Shown: positions 15,686 through 29,561 of the stretch, one piece after another
Layout: each line of letters starts with the position of its first letter
How positions within the stretch are numbered: the first letter of the stretch is position 1
Assembly (NCBI GenBank): GCA_951406725.2
Contig: OX597840.1
Span: 2,170,001 to 2,234,000 of the forward strand
Direction of reading: 5' to 3'
From: Octopus vulgaris
Taxonomy: Eukaryota
Length of the DNA: 64,000 nt
The notes under the pieces: generated by a model
Databases searched by the model: none
Told to the model about the DNA's origin: nothing
The model's input: only the letters and a program-made list of their open reading frames with translations
Position numbers and translations under genes: made by a program

Positions 15686-15800
15686 GGTTCAGTCCCACTG
15701 CGTGGCACCTTGGGCAGGTGTCTTCTACTATAGCCTCGGGATGACCAAAGACTTGTGAGTGGATTTGGTAGACAGAAACTGAAAGGAGTCTGTCGTATAT
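15478..15800 (+). mobile_element. Two tandem 5' halves of SINE family A separated by (TA)n
   Basis: Head and body repeated at 15478-15642 and 15683-15797. Confidence 0.85.
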
Positions 15801-16075
15801 ATGTATATATTTCTATACATTGCATATTGTATTTATACAATGAGAGACACACACCACTAGATAGGCTGATACATACATTAACACATAAGAATATACAGGA
15901 TACAAAATATTTATCTAAATATCTAAGTGTCCTTTCGTCCTTTTTATCCATCATTATCCTTCATTGTGTTGTTGCGGTAAACATCAATTCACTGCTAAGA
16001 TGCTTTACAGGAGAAATGTCTTTCCATTGTATACATTTGCGAAATACTTCTTCACGTTATTGCCACTGCACCTAC

Positions 16076-16113
<38 letters not shown>

Positions 16114-16199
16114 CCTATATTTTATATTAAGTATATATATATATATATATATATACATATATATACATATATATATACAAATATGTATATATATATATT

Positions 16200-16235
<36 letters not shown>

Positions 16236-16272
16236 ATATATATAATTTATATACCTATATTATATTTATATA

Positions 16273-16311
<39 letters not shown>

Positions 16312-16346
16312 ACATATATATACATGCATACATATCGACGTATATG

Positions 16347-16388
<42 letters not shown>

Positions 16389-16459
16389 TGTGTGTGTACA
16401 CTTATGCTTACTTATAGATATATATCTATATATATATATATATATATATAAACATACAT

Positions 16460-16493
<34 letters not shown>

Positions 16494-16896
16494 GTACAAA
16501 TATGCTTGTTGTTGCCATTCTTCATTGTGTATTGTATCATAAATATTTTCAATTATCCATATATAAACCAATTATAAACAAGCCTTTGCCATACAATCAA
16601 ACTGCGTCAACAATCCATCGAGGAAGCCATTATACGCTAAAAAGAACGTACAACTGGCGCTTAGTAATCAGTGACGTCTTAAAGTGTGTTGTACACATGA
16701 TTCAGTCATACAAGGTTGATTGGAAAAATATATTTTTAAAATTTTATTGATCCAAGGCTAAACAAAAACATGAATTATAGCAGAGAGTGGATTCTCGTAG
16801 TGCAACCATGGTGGGGTAAAGTGGCTGTATTTCATCGGGGAAAGAACGGATCAGATGGAAAATAACAGACACGAAACTTGATAATAATAACATTAA

Positions 16897-17304
16897 TACT
16901 TTCTATTCTAGGCACAAAGCATGAAATATTTGGTCGGGGAGGGGTAGTCGATTAGGTCGACCCCAGTACGCAACTGGCATTTAGCGGTATTTCGTCTGCC
17001 GTTACGTTCTAAGTTCAAATTCCGCCGAGTTCAACTTTGTTTTTCAGCCTTTCGGGGTCGATAAATTAAGTACCAGTTACGGACTGGGGTCGATGTTATC
17101 GACTTAATCCGTTTGTCTGTCCTTGTTTGTCCCCTCTGTGTTTAGCCCCTTGTGGGTAGTAAAGAAATAGATACTTAATTTATCGACCCCTGAATCGATG
17201 AAGGCAAAGTCGACCTCGGCGGAATTTGAACTCAGAACGTAACGGCAGACGAAATACGGCTACGTATTTCGCCCGGCGTGCTAACGTTTCTGACAGCTCG
17301 CCAC
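16897..17304. mobile_element. SINE family B: minus-strand copy interrupted by a plus-strand copy (16980-17170)
   Basis: TTAGCGGTATTTCGTCTGCCG...GTAGTAAAGAAATAG is inserted inside caactgg|tacttaatttatcgacccc of an antiparallel relative. Confidence 0.85.
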
Positions 17305-17748
17305 ATTGGTAATAATAGCAACAATAATAGATTATATCAACAGAACGTCACGTATCATTCGAACTCTATACTTCTAGGTAATCGAACAGTTGGTGCTACC
17401 GATAAACGAAGTCACACATAGACAGCGGCTCTCCGGCTGCGTTTTAGGAGTTTCAATTCTTAAGCACACTAAAGAACTACAGAGACCTATGAATGGACGC
17501 TTTTGTGAAGATAAGAAACCCCTTTCAAAGAGCAGCCAAGCTGATATATCAATGTTTTATAGCACGGAGAATAAAATATATATCAACATGGCGAGCAGAT
17601 ATCAGATACTTATGGCAATATCTGGAAAATTCTGTTCTGCCACGAACACTAATACAAAACTCGTACCAGTACCACATAAGTGTGTCTGTAGGTGTAAGTG
17701 AGTGTGTCTGTGTGTGTGTCTGTGCTTATATGTATATATATATATGTA

Positions 17749-17802
<54 letters not shown>

Positions 17803-17874
17803 CATGCATGTCAGTGTACACGCACACTTGTACTCAACGTGTACATATTCATGTCTGGACGTATATGTAAGTAA

Positions 17875-17921
<47 letters not shown>

Positions 17922-17947
17922 TATATATGTATATATATATATGTATA

Positions 17948-17997
<50 letters not shown>

Positions 17998-18019
17998 TAA
18001 ATATATATATGTATACATA

Positions 18020-18070
<51 letters not shown>

Positions 18071-18423
18071 ATATTCATATACATATATATATATATATAT
18101 ATACATACCTAAACACACATACACTGAGCGTGGAGAGAGAGAGAGAGAGAAACGGAGCTGATTGCGCAGAGAGAAATAAAAAAAAGAAAGATGCATACGG
18201 GCATTATTCAGATATGCAAATCTGATGCAGTGTGGATGAAGGGCAAGCACAAGTACAAATACAGAAACACACACACACACACACACACACATACACACAC
18301 ACACACACACGCGCGCGTCCACAAAAATACACACACACACACGCACACACACATATAAACACACTCGTCCACAAACGACACGCGTACATGTATCTTCTTT
18401 TCCTTCTTTCTTTTTTTCCTGTT

Positions 18424-18884
18424 CCTTTTTCTTCTTCTTTTTCTTCTTCTACTTCTCCTTCCAATTCTTCTTCTTCTTCTTCTTCTTCTTCTTCTCCTTC
18501 CAATTCTTTTTCTTCTTCTTCTTCTTCTCCTTCCAATTCTTCTTCTTCTTCTTCTACTTCTCCTTCCAATTCTTCTTCTTCTTCTTCCAATTCTCCTTCT
18601 TCTTCTTCTTCTTCTTCTTCTACTACTTCTCCTTCAAATTCTTCTTCTTCTTCTTCTCCTTCCAATTCTTCTTCTTCTTCTTCTTCTACTTCTCCTTCCA
18701 ATTCTTCTTCTTCTTCTCCTTCCAATTCTTCTTCTTCTTCTTCTTCTTCTACTTCTCCTTCCAATTCTTCTTCTTCTTCTCCTTCCAATTTTTCTTCTTC
18801 TTTTCTTCTTCTTTTCTTCTTCTTCTTCTTCTTCTTCTTCTTCTTCTTCTCCTTCCTCTTCTGCTTCTTCTTCTTCTCCTTCTC
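18424..18884. repeat. (TTC)n microsatellite with recurring TCTCCTTCCAAT interruption (higher-order minisatellite)
   Basis: Direct reading; produces the EEEEELEGE and SSSPSN ORFs. Confidence 0.9.
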
Positions 18885-19611
18885 CATGTTTAACCCTTTC
18901 AGCGAAGCCTACGACATATTTCGCTGGCAGCTGTATTTTAATAGCAATAACCCCATACGATAGAAAAGCACCATTGCAAATGTCAACGCAGTTATCTGTT
19001 ATCGCAATTCTAATATTTTCCCTCTTTTTCTGCAACTTTATCATATCAGTATCGCCTCTAGCTCTTCCACGTATGTCTGTGTGTTTGTGTGTATGTGTAT
19101 GTGTATGTGTAAGGCCGTTGTGTTTGTAATTATGTATGAATGTGCTATTATGTGTATGCGTGTATATGTGTGTGCTGTATTGAATTTGTATGTGTATGTT
19201 TGAAATCAGTGTGGTTGAATTCTTAAGATATTCGTGTGGTTAACAACCTGGTATTTTGACTTAAGAATTTCGTGTTCACTCCTATTCAACGCAGCATCTT
19301 GGCAAATTGGCAAATTGTTACATTGGCACATTGCTATATTGTCACATTGGCACATTGTGCAAAGACATTCTATAGCCTCCGGTTAACTAGTGTCTTCTGG
19401 ATGAGTTAACAGTTCGTCTACAGACAGAAATTTTTCTCCAAAATAAAATACAGTGAATAGCTTTACTACGGGTTCAAATAGACGCCAAGTATATTTGAAC
19501 TTGTAACAAGTTTGTAACTACGCTCAGCATCTATAATGCATCTATTCCATATTATGTTTACGACGAGCCACTGCTTAGTGCAACCAGTCACAGTACGATG
19601 ATGAAAATATA

Positions 19612-20117
19612 TTGGGTTGTCCGAAAAATCGTGCCGATTTATAGAAGCTTAACTTTCGACTTATTTTCGAACATAGTCGAGTCCATAAAATAGTATTTGA
19701 CTACACCTCCATTTAGAGCACAGTTTAAGCTATCTTTTCGTGGAAGAAGGTTTATGTTCCTATAACTTGTGTTAATTCTTTAAAAGGAAGATAAAAAAGT
19801 TCATTTTCGGCACTTGATGCTTTGGGATGTGTTACCCCACCCTCCATATTCACCAGATGCTGTACCTTCGGATTTCCACTTATTCAGGTCTCTGCAGAAT
19901 AGTTTTAATAGTAGAAATTTCAATTCCTTGGACGACGCAAAAAGATACCTTGATGAATTCTTTGCCATGAAACCAACTCAATTGTGGGAAGAGGGTATTT
20001 TCAAGGTAAAGGAAAGATAGAGATGCATTGTGCAACGAAATTTGGTTGATTAAAAGTGTATTTATTGACCTTTTTTCTTTCCTTTAAATATCGGCACGAA
20101 CTTTCCGGACAACCCTA
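19612..20117 (+). mobile_element. Internally deleted mariner DNA transposon with both TIRs and TA TSD
   Basis: TIRs ttgggttgtccgaaaaatcgtgccgattta and taaatatcggcacgaactttccggacaacccta, flanked by TA. ORF 19814-20020 has WDVLPHPPYSPDAVPSDFHLFRSLQN, the mariner YSPDLAPSD motif. Confidence 0.93.
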
Positions 20118-20169
20118 TATTATCAGTTATTCATTTCTCGTCAGTTCGTAGCTTTCCGTTTTCTGGTAT

Positions 20170-20217
20170 CTGACACTGAGGAGGAGATAATCACTCCGAA
20201 ATGCATGCATCCATCAG
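20170..20217 (+). ncRNA. Type I hammerhead ribozyme motif (stem I partly decayed), probably in a PLE remnant
   Basis: cugaca CUGAGGA GGAG auaauca CUCC GAAA U gcaugc A UC caucag. Intact core, 4-bp stem II, palindromic loop III. Confidence 0.65.
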
Positions 20218-20442
20218 TCTGGTTAGAGTGGTCTCCAACTGACTTGGTGTGTCTACACCTATTCGTCTATAGCGAAGAGATTTCTTCATGGAAAATACAA
20301 TGAATGGGTTTATTACAGATGCCTTAAGCATATTTGAAAGATAACAAATTTCTGTTTATATTCATCCATGCTTGGCGCTTAAATACCCTTTATGTGTGTG
20401 TATGTGTGTTTGTGTGTGTGTGCATGTGCGCGTATGTGTGTC

Positions 20443-20483
<41 letters not shown>

Positions 20484-21399
20484 TGGTTTTCCACACATTT
20501 TCCATCTTCTAAATTCACTGGCAATGTGTTGGTCGGCTCGGGCTTGATCTAGTTCCCGCGAAATTCGACTGAACTCGCAATCTCACGGTTGCAATGTGAG
20601 CTCCGTAACCACACAGCCACGCCTGCAAACGTAATACACGCGCGCCCGTGCATACACATACACCTTCTGATTTTAGATTTCTTCTTTCTGCTCTAATAAA
20701 ACCGTCTTCTTGTGTAAACATTGGGATGTAAAGTAAATTCGTTCACGTTATTCTTTTTCTTGTTAACTCTCCATTGTCATATGTTTGAAAAGAAGGAAAA
20801 TTTATTCACATTCAAAAAGGATACACAAAAGTTGTTGAGGAAAAAAATTGAGATAGAAAAGAGTAAAAAAATCCAAGATAATTTTTTCTTTTACCAGTTA
20901 ATTCAAATATCGTTGGGGAAGGATTAATACAATTGAAAAGGCAAAAAATATGGACGAGTTTTTCTGACAAAATGATACGTGTTATATAGCCTCGGGTCTG
21001 GCTCACTTTTTTGACAGAGGTTAGTTAAATGGACGTGTGTGTGTAGGAGAGCAAATGGAAGCTAGATTCACTATTTGTGTCGAGTTGATTGTAAGTGAGG
21101 ATTAAGTTAAGGCTACCTTGGATCCGTGGATTACTCAGATATTTGGCACGCTAATTCAGTGAGGAAAAATATTCAATTCATCGACCGAAGGGACGTACTC
21201 AAGCACTACAACAACAACTACTAGTGCTGTTACTACTACTACAACAACAACAACTACTACTACAACAACAACTACTACTACTACAACAACAACTACTACT
21301 ACTACTACTAGTACTATTACAACAACTACCACTACTACAACAACAACAACAACTACTACTACTAATAATAATAATAATACTAACAACAACAACAACAAC

Positions 21400-21444
<45 letters not shown>

Positions 21445-21445
<1 letters not shown>

Positions 21446-22128
21446 GACACGATAGAGCTGCACAATATATTCACTGGGTAATCTACAAAAACCTGGATTT
21501 GCCCCATGAAAAAAACTGGTGGGAACACAAACCACCCCAGTGCTTGAAAATGACCACATCTCACTCCTCTGGAACTTCACCATTCAAACTGACAGAAAGA
21601 TAGATGCAAATAGGCCAGACATCATACTGAAAGACTTCAAACAAAGAACATGCCTCCTCATTGATATGACTGTCCCAATCGATATAAACGTATCTGTCAA
21701 GACCTACCAAAAACTGAGCAAATATAAAGATCTTGAAATAGAAATCAGCAAAATGTGGAACCTGAAGACTAAAACAATACCTGTTGTCATAGGTGCCCTG
21801 GGAATGATAGCAAAAGGGGCTGATAGCTACCTAACTCAGATACCAGGAAACCCAAAAATGGCAGAAATTCAAAAGATAGTGCTCATAGGAACTGCTCATA
21901 TCCTACGCAAAATACTTTCTATGTAATCTCAAGGTTTAAAACAAATATAATTTTCGGTTTAAAAAAAATTTTTTTTTAGACATTCATTAGTACAACACCA
22001 AAAACTCCCCCCCCAATATATGGCACACTAGGCATAACAACAACATGAACTTCCAACCTATTGTCTCTTGAGGTCCCTGGGTGAGACTTGGAGCCAACTT
22101 GTACAAATATAAAGCAAAAGTCAAACAT
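21445..22128 (+). mobile_element. R4/Dong-type non-LTR retrotransposon 3' fragment, family D1 (restriction-like endonuclease plus 3' UTR), in (TAA)n
   Basis: RHDRAAQYIHW...WNFTIQTDRKIDANRPDII...LLIDMTVP...KLSKYKDL...IPVVIGALG. RHD, PD-D and K..KY REL motifs; flanked by (TAA)n. Confidence 0.92.
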
Positions 22129-22148
22129 ATAATAATAATAATAATAAT

Positions 22149-22209
<61 letters not shown>

Positions 22210-22212
<3 letters not shown>

Positions 22213-22590
22213 TGCTTTCTAATTGATGTATCAATACCGGCAGATGACAACGTGTCTCTAAAAGAAATGGAGAAACTTTCAAAATACATAGACCTGGAAA
22301 TAGAGATAACCAGAATGTGGAATCTAAAAACAGAAACAATTCCTATCATAGTAGGTGCATTAGGCATGATAAAAAAATACTCAGACAAATACATAACAAA
22401 AACACCAGGACTTACAAACACATATAACATACAGAAAATTGCACTACTAGGCACTGCACACATCCTACGCAGAACACTTTCCATACAATAGCCATCAGAG
22501 CATCACAACAAATCACAGCACATACCCAAGGCACACAGAGCTGCGCTCGGTAGTGAAGTGAAAGCACGCAATAAAAATAAAACTACTGAA
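22210..22590 (+). mobile_element. R4/Dong-type 3' fragment, family D2
   Basis: KCFLIDVSIPADDNVSLKEMEKLSKYIDLEIEITRMW...PIIVGALG...GTAHILRRTLS. Different 3' UTR from D1; (TAA)n flanks. Confidence 0.9.
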
Positions 22591-22593
22591 GAA

Positions 22594-22623
<30 letters not shown>

Positions 22624-22625
<2 letters not shown>

Positions 22626-22772
22626 CCCTGATGCAGTACTAGGCAGTGGCTTAATGCCCCGATGCAGTACCAGGCAGTGGCTCTCGTGGCTTCTGATCTT
22701 AACTGATTGGGAGTGTTATCATGTACATTGTTTTGTCTTGGTATAAAAGATGGGCTACAGCAAATATTCTGC
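22624..22772 (+). mobile_element. Unclassified (TAA)n-adjacent repeat fragment
   Basis: Repeated at 24485-24604. Its end aaagatgggctacagcaaatattctgc matches the reverse complement of 63940-63968. Confidence 0.55.
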
Positions 22773-23283
22773 ATACGATGTTGTATTATATATATATGTG
22801 TGTATTTGTCTGTGTGCGTATTCAATTATCAAATTTTCTTTAGTTAATTTTATTTGTATTTTCACATTGTGTGTATTGATAGCCTCGGGTCTGGCTCACT
22901 TTTTTGACATGGATGTGTGTGTAGGAGAGCAAATGGAAGCTAGATTCACTATTTGTGTCGAGTTGATTGTAAGTGAGGATTAAGTTAAGGCTACCTTGGA
23001 TCCGTGGATTACTCAGATATTTGGCACGCTAATTCAGTGAGGAAAAATCTTCAATTCATCGACCGAAGGGACGTACTCAAGCACTACAACAACAACTACT
23101 ACTGCTGTTACTACTACTACAACAACAACAACTACTACTACAACAACAACTACTACTACTACAACAACAACTACTACTACTACTACTACTACTAGTACTA
23201 CTACAACAACTACCACTACTACAACAACAACAACAACTACTACTACTACTAATAATAATAATACTAACAACAACAACAACAAC

Positions 23284-23328
<45 letters not shown>

Positions 23329-23329
<1 letters not shown>

Positions 23330-24008
23330 GACACGATAGAGCTGCACAATATATTCACTGGGTAATCTGCAAAAACCTGGATTTGCCTCATGAAAAAAAC
23401 TGGTGGGAACACAAACCACCCCAGTGCTTGAAAATGACCACATCTCACTCCTCTGGAACTTCACCATTCAAACTGACAGAAAGATAGATGCAAATAGGCC
23501 AGACATCATACTGAAAGACTTCAAACAAAGAACATGCCTCCTCATTGATATGACTGTCCCAATCGATATAAACGTATCTGTCAAGACCTACCAAAAACTA
23601 AGCAAATATAAAGATCTTGAAATAGAAATCAGCAAAATGTGGAACCTGAAGACTAAAACAATACCTGTTGTCATAGGTGTCCTGGGAATGATAGCAAAAG
23701 GGGCTGATAGCTACCTAACTCAGATACCAGGAAACCCAAAAATGGCAGAAATTCAAAAGATAGTGCCCATAGGAACTGCTCATATCCTACGCAAAATACT
23801 TTCTATGTAATCTCAAGGTTTAAAACAAATATAATTTTCGGTTTAAAAAAAATTTTTTTTTAGACATTCATTAGTACAACACCAAAAACTCCCCCCAATA
23901 TATGGCACACTAGGCATAACAACAACATGAACTTCCAACCTATTGTCTCTTGAGGTCTCTGGGTGAGACTTGGAGCCAACTTGTACAAATATAAAGCAAA
24001 AGTCAAAC

Positions 24009-24010
<2 letters not shown>
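23329..24010 (+). mobile_element. R4/Dong-type 3' fragment D1 (duplicated copy)
   Basis: ORF 23403-23810 differs from 21519-21926 by two residues (ALG>VLG, VLI>VPI). Confidence 0.92.
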
Positions 24011-24091
<81 letters not shown>

Positions 24092-24094
<3 letters not shown>

Positions 24095-24472
24095 TGCTTT
24101 CTAATTGATGTATCAATACCGGCAGATGACAACGTGTCTCTAAAAGAAATGGAGAAACTTTCAAAATACATAGACCTGGAAATAGAGATAACCAGAATGT
24201 GGAATCTAAAAACAGAAACAATTCCTATCATAGTAGGTGCATTAGGCATGATAAAAAAATACTCAGACAAATACATAACAAAAACACCAGGACTTACAAA
24301 CACATATAACATACAGAAAATTGCACTACTAGGCACTGCACACATCCTACGCAGAACACTTTCCATACAATAGCCATCAGAGCATCACAACAAATCACAG
24401 CACATACCCAAGGCACACAGAGCTGCGCTCGGTAGTGAAGTGAAAGCACGCAATAAAAATAAAACTACTGAA
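24092..24472 (+). mobile_element. R4/Dong-type 3' fragment D2 (duplicated copy)
   Basis: Same peptide as 22210-22491. Confidence 0.9.
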
Positions 24473-24895
24473 GAAGAATAATAAATGCCCTGATGCAGTA
24501 CCAGGCAGTGGCTCTCGTGGCTTCTGATCTTCACTGATTGGGAGTGTTATCATGTACATTGTTTTGTCTTGGTATAAAAGATGGGCTACAGCAAATATTC
24601 TGCATACGTATGTATGTATATATATATATATGTGTGTATTTGTCTGTGTGAGTATTCAATTATCAAATTTTCTTTAGTTAATTTTATTTGTATTTTCACA
24701 TTGTGCTGTATTGAAAACATGATGTGATTTTAGAGACAGGTTTTAACTGGTATTACAAGCATGATAGAATCTCTTAAATATCTTCATTTATAATTCAAAT
24801 AATATCTATAGCCTATGAAGGTTTTTTTCTTCCTAATGCTGACACTTGATTCGATCGTTATTTAAATAGAGATCTTATCGTTATTTATATAGAAA

Positions 24896-24897
<2 letters not shown>

Positions 24898-24975
<78 letters not shown>

Positions 24976-24996
24976 ATATATATATATATAATACAT

Positions 24997-25027
<31 letters not shown>

Positions 25028-25042
25028 CATACATACATATAC

Positions 25043-25074
<32 letters not shown>

Positions 25075-25233
25075 CTATATATGCATATATTATATATATA
25101 TATGAATAGATAGACAGACAGACATAGATAGATAGATATATAGATAGATAGATAGATAGATAGATAGTTAGATAGATAGATAGACTGACAGACAGACAGG
25201 CATAGATAGATATATAGATAGATAGATAGATAT

Positions 25234-25294
<61 letters not shown>

Positions 25295-25331
25295 CAGACA
25301 GATAGTCATAAATAGATACATAGATAGATTA

Positions 25332-25380
<49 letters not shown>

Positions 25381-25409
25381 CAGATAGATAGACTGACAGA
25401 CAGACAGGC

Positions 25410-25489
<80 letters not shown>

Positions 25490-25490
25490 G
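24898..25490. repeat. (TA)n / (AGAT)n microsatellites
   Basis: Direct reading. Confidence 0.95.
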
Positions 25491-25851
25491 CCTTCCTACG
25501 TAAACATATATACAGGAAACAAGTGTATCTGATATAAAGGCAGACATTTCTCTCAAGACAAGATAGCACATTATGGCCTCCTTCTTTGGATCACGTACAA
25601 ACTGTCAGAGAATTTCTCCAATTTACAGAAGATGCATAATTTACCTATTTTGAAGAATTTATGTATTGATTTCCCTATCGTAGAAGAAAATCCAGATATT
25701 TTCATTGCTTATTTGATCCACTTTTACCGATAAGATAATAGGGGTGGCTTTAAGGAGATTCAGCTGTTGCAACATCCATAACTGGCAAACACATAATTAT
25801 GTGTTCCCTACGTATTTTGCATATAGCCATATATATGATGGTTAAAATAAT

Positions 25852-26578
<727 letters not shown>

Positions 26579-26693
26579 TGACGTCGTCGGATGTGTCTTC
26601 GAACGCTCCGGATGAGTTTGTAGTTTTTAAAACATTGTTTACGACGCAAATCTGTGACGCCGTGTCATTTTACATTGTTCCGACGTGGTAATA

Positions 26694-27145
26694 GGCGCTG
26701 GCGTGGCTCTGTGGTAAGTAGCTTGCTTACGAACCACACGGTCATGGGTTCGGTCCCTAGCGTGGCATCTTGGGGAAGTGTCTTCTACTATAGCCTCGGG
26801 CCGACCAAAGACTTGTGAGTGGATTTGGTAGACGGAAACTGAAAGACGCCCGTTGTATATATGTATGTATATATATATGTGTGTGAGTGTGTGTGTGAGT
26901 GTGTGAGTGTGTGAGTGTGTGTGTGTGTGTGTGTCTATGTGTGTGTGTACGTGTGTGTACGTTTGTGACCGTGTTTGTCCCCACAACATCGCTTGACAAC
27001 CGATGCTGGGGTGTTTATGTCTCGGCAAAAGAGACCGTTATAATAAGTACTAGGATTACAAAGAATAAGCTCTGGGCTCGATTTGCTCGACTAAAGTCCG
27101 TGCTCCAGCATGGTCACCGTCAAATGACTGAAACAAGTAAAAGAG
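26694..27145 (+). mobile_element. SINE family A
   Basis: Head GGCGCTGGCGTGGCTCTGTGGTAAG through to tail AAACAAGTAAAAGAG. Confidence 0.9.
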
Positions 27146-27699
27146 AGAGAGAGGGAAATGCCAGGAATTCGTCACTGATTTTAATTCCTCACGGCTCTAC
27201 ATTCGCCCCACCGAATAAGATTCACGGCTGTGTAATCACAGTTCAACAAGATGGCGGAGATCATCCTCAAAGAGTCGAGGAAAAGAACTGCCCATCCACC
27301 TAAAATAATGCTTTGAATGCTAAACATTTCCCTCCACTACCTATCGTTACTAAGAACGTTAGGGAGAAGGAGATGTTCAAAGTCTATCTCGTTATAGCAG
27401 GTATGTAAACGTTAGCAACAGTAGTGACGGCAATAATAGCTCACAAAAGCAAGAGATGTTATCCAACTTGAGGGCAGTAAGGTCGCGGTAACAGTACAAC
27501 CCGAAATAATAGAGGCAAAATAAAGTAAGACCATTTATTTCAGAAGCGTATTACGCAAAACCCGGTGAGCTGAAACAGCGTCTATTAGTCATGTTGAGAA
27601 GGCCTTCAGAGATATTTTAATAGAAGTGGTTCATAAACGGTGAGGGAAGCAGTTTGTCAGCATTGCGGCCTTCTTTAAAAGCGAGGACATCGTGAGAAG

Positions 27700-28332
27700 A
27701 CAGGCAGTGTCACCCTGGTGGACTGAGGAGTTAGTCCTCTATCACACCTACCTCTCAAAGAGAACAATGGGAATGGTGTGCCACGATGAGTAAACGTTTT
27801 TGTGGATTGTCGTTTGTGCGATCCAATACCAGCCAGTGAGACCAGGATTTTTGACACACGCGATCTTGCTCCCATTTTCTACGATTATGAGAGCTACGCA
27901 TATTTTAGTCCGCCTAGAATGAGAGGAGGGCTAGCAGTGCTCTTTAAGAATGGCTTGGCTCTCGAAGTTCGGACGATTTATCTGATCCTGGAGGGTGAGT
28001 TTGTGGTCCCTGACGTGAGCGACAGTGAAGGTGGTGCCTTTAGACTAGTCGTTATTTTCTTCCCATCACAACCACGGGGGTGGGGCTACCAAACATTTTT
28101 CAGAACTTTGGAGGTTTTCCTTGAGAGTCACGCTTTACTGATAATGGATGACTGGAACGCAATCTTAGATGCAGGCCTGGATCGGGTGGGGCTAGCTGAA
28201 AGCAGGGGCGGAGTAAAAGCCTCAGAAACCGGCTCAGTCGCTTCCTGCTGGGTGTCAGGCATCGACTGGATTTCCTGAATGCGCCAATCTAGATATGTGC
28301 GAACCACATCGGATCTTCCAGATCGTATCTAT
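27700..28332 (+). pseudogene. Tx1/L1-clade LINE apurinic-like endonuclease fragment
   Basis: ORF 27802-28278: SETRI...RGGLAVLFK...EGEFVV.DV...AFRLVVIF.P...FF..LE.FL...LLIMDDWNAILD...DR, matching APE motifs QET, GVAIL and GDFN. Downstream NHIGSSRSYL. Confidence 0.78.
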
Positions 28333-28333
28333 A

Positions 28334-28379
<46 letters not shown>

Positions 28380-28403
28380 TACACACAAACACACACACAT
28401 ATG

Positions 28404-28615
28404 CAGGATAGCCCAAAAGTAGGCTTACAGTTATTCAATTATCTCATTTGCATTTATATATGAACAGTTTAGATCTTAATTATATAAATATATGCAACCA
28501 TTATTCTATGCTAATTTAGTTAATTGTAAGATAGAAATTTAAATGCAATAAAATATTTTAAAAGAAATTTAAAGTGCCTATGTGATAACTGTAAACCTAC
28601 ATTTGGGACATCCTT
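28404..28615. mobile_element. Tc1/mariner-type MITE (~210 bp)
   Basis: TIRs caggatagcccaaaagtaggcttacagttattca and tgataactgtaaacctacatttgggacatcctt; AT-rich interior; TA-rich flanks. Confidence 0.75.
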
Positions 28616-28711
28616 TATATGCATACATATATATATATATAAATATACAAATATATATATATATATACATATATATACATATGTGTGTATAACTTAACTT
28701 ACACAATGGTT

Positions 28712-28748
<37 letters not shown>

Positions 28749-29504
28749 AATAAAAATATAAAAATACCTTATGGTCTATGGTCAATTATTTACGCATGCT
28801 GGCCACTGACATAAATTATTATCTTCAATAATTTTTACCCTTTTCATATATTTATATATGTATAAATATATATGTATGTCAGTGTGTGTCTGCGCGTGTG
28901 TGTGCGTATTCGTATAAATGAATGTGAGGGGGATAAGCAGAAAGATTTGCAATTTGAGGGAGATTTCACTACTACTTTTAGCGAGGCTTACGCCCTCCAA
29001 TAATTCTCAATTCATGTGTATTATATCACACATATCAGAGAGACATATCAATGATGTTCGACAATTGTAAGTAACACTTGTTTCTACTGTGAAAAATTCT
29101 TTCTGCATTACAAACAATATCGCTAATGAATTAGGACTCATCCGTATTGTTATTGATGATACAATTACAGTGAAATTGTGCTTCACAGACAATATTGCAA
29201 CAGTTTCATTGATAGACATACATCCAGCTCTAATGCTTCTATTGTCTGAACATCGCTTGTATGAATTACTAGGATCAGGCTGACCCGACATTTTCTGAGA
29301 CTTCAGACGAAAGCATTTTCGATTATTGACGAGATTTTTTTCTCACGAAAAAAAAAACAGTTCGCTGTCACGCGGAGAGACATTGTTGCTTCGAAAGCTG
29401 TGTGCATTACAAACCACAAGTAGATATACAGGATAGCGCCGAAAATGAAAATGCAAACAGAGGCCATCACACAACTTCCTACCATGTACAAACACACGCA
29501 GACA

Positions 29505-29561
<57 letters not shown>

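Larger units (their letters stand above)
20986..24714. repeat. ~1.9 kb tandem duplication (unit 1 20986-22878, unit 2 22879-24714)
   Basis: Same order of unique DNA, microsatellites and two LINE fragments. ORFs at 21519/23403 and 22081/23963 are nearly identical. Confidence 0.93.

Noticed and set aside
18214-18221. Octamer motif ATGCAAAT
   Set aside because: A single 8-mer is expected by chance in 64 kb of AT-rich DNA; no associated snRNA or promoter context.
18204-18963. Acidic EEEELEGE (227 aa) and Ser-rich (243 aa) ORFs
   Set aside because: Interrupted (TTC)n minisatellite running directly into (CA)n; no supported splice sites.
22624-22772. HDV-like ribozyme at the start of the TAA-adjacent repeat
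   Set aside because: Could not build the P1/P2/P3/P1.1 nested double pseudoknot.
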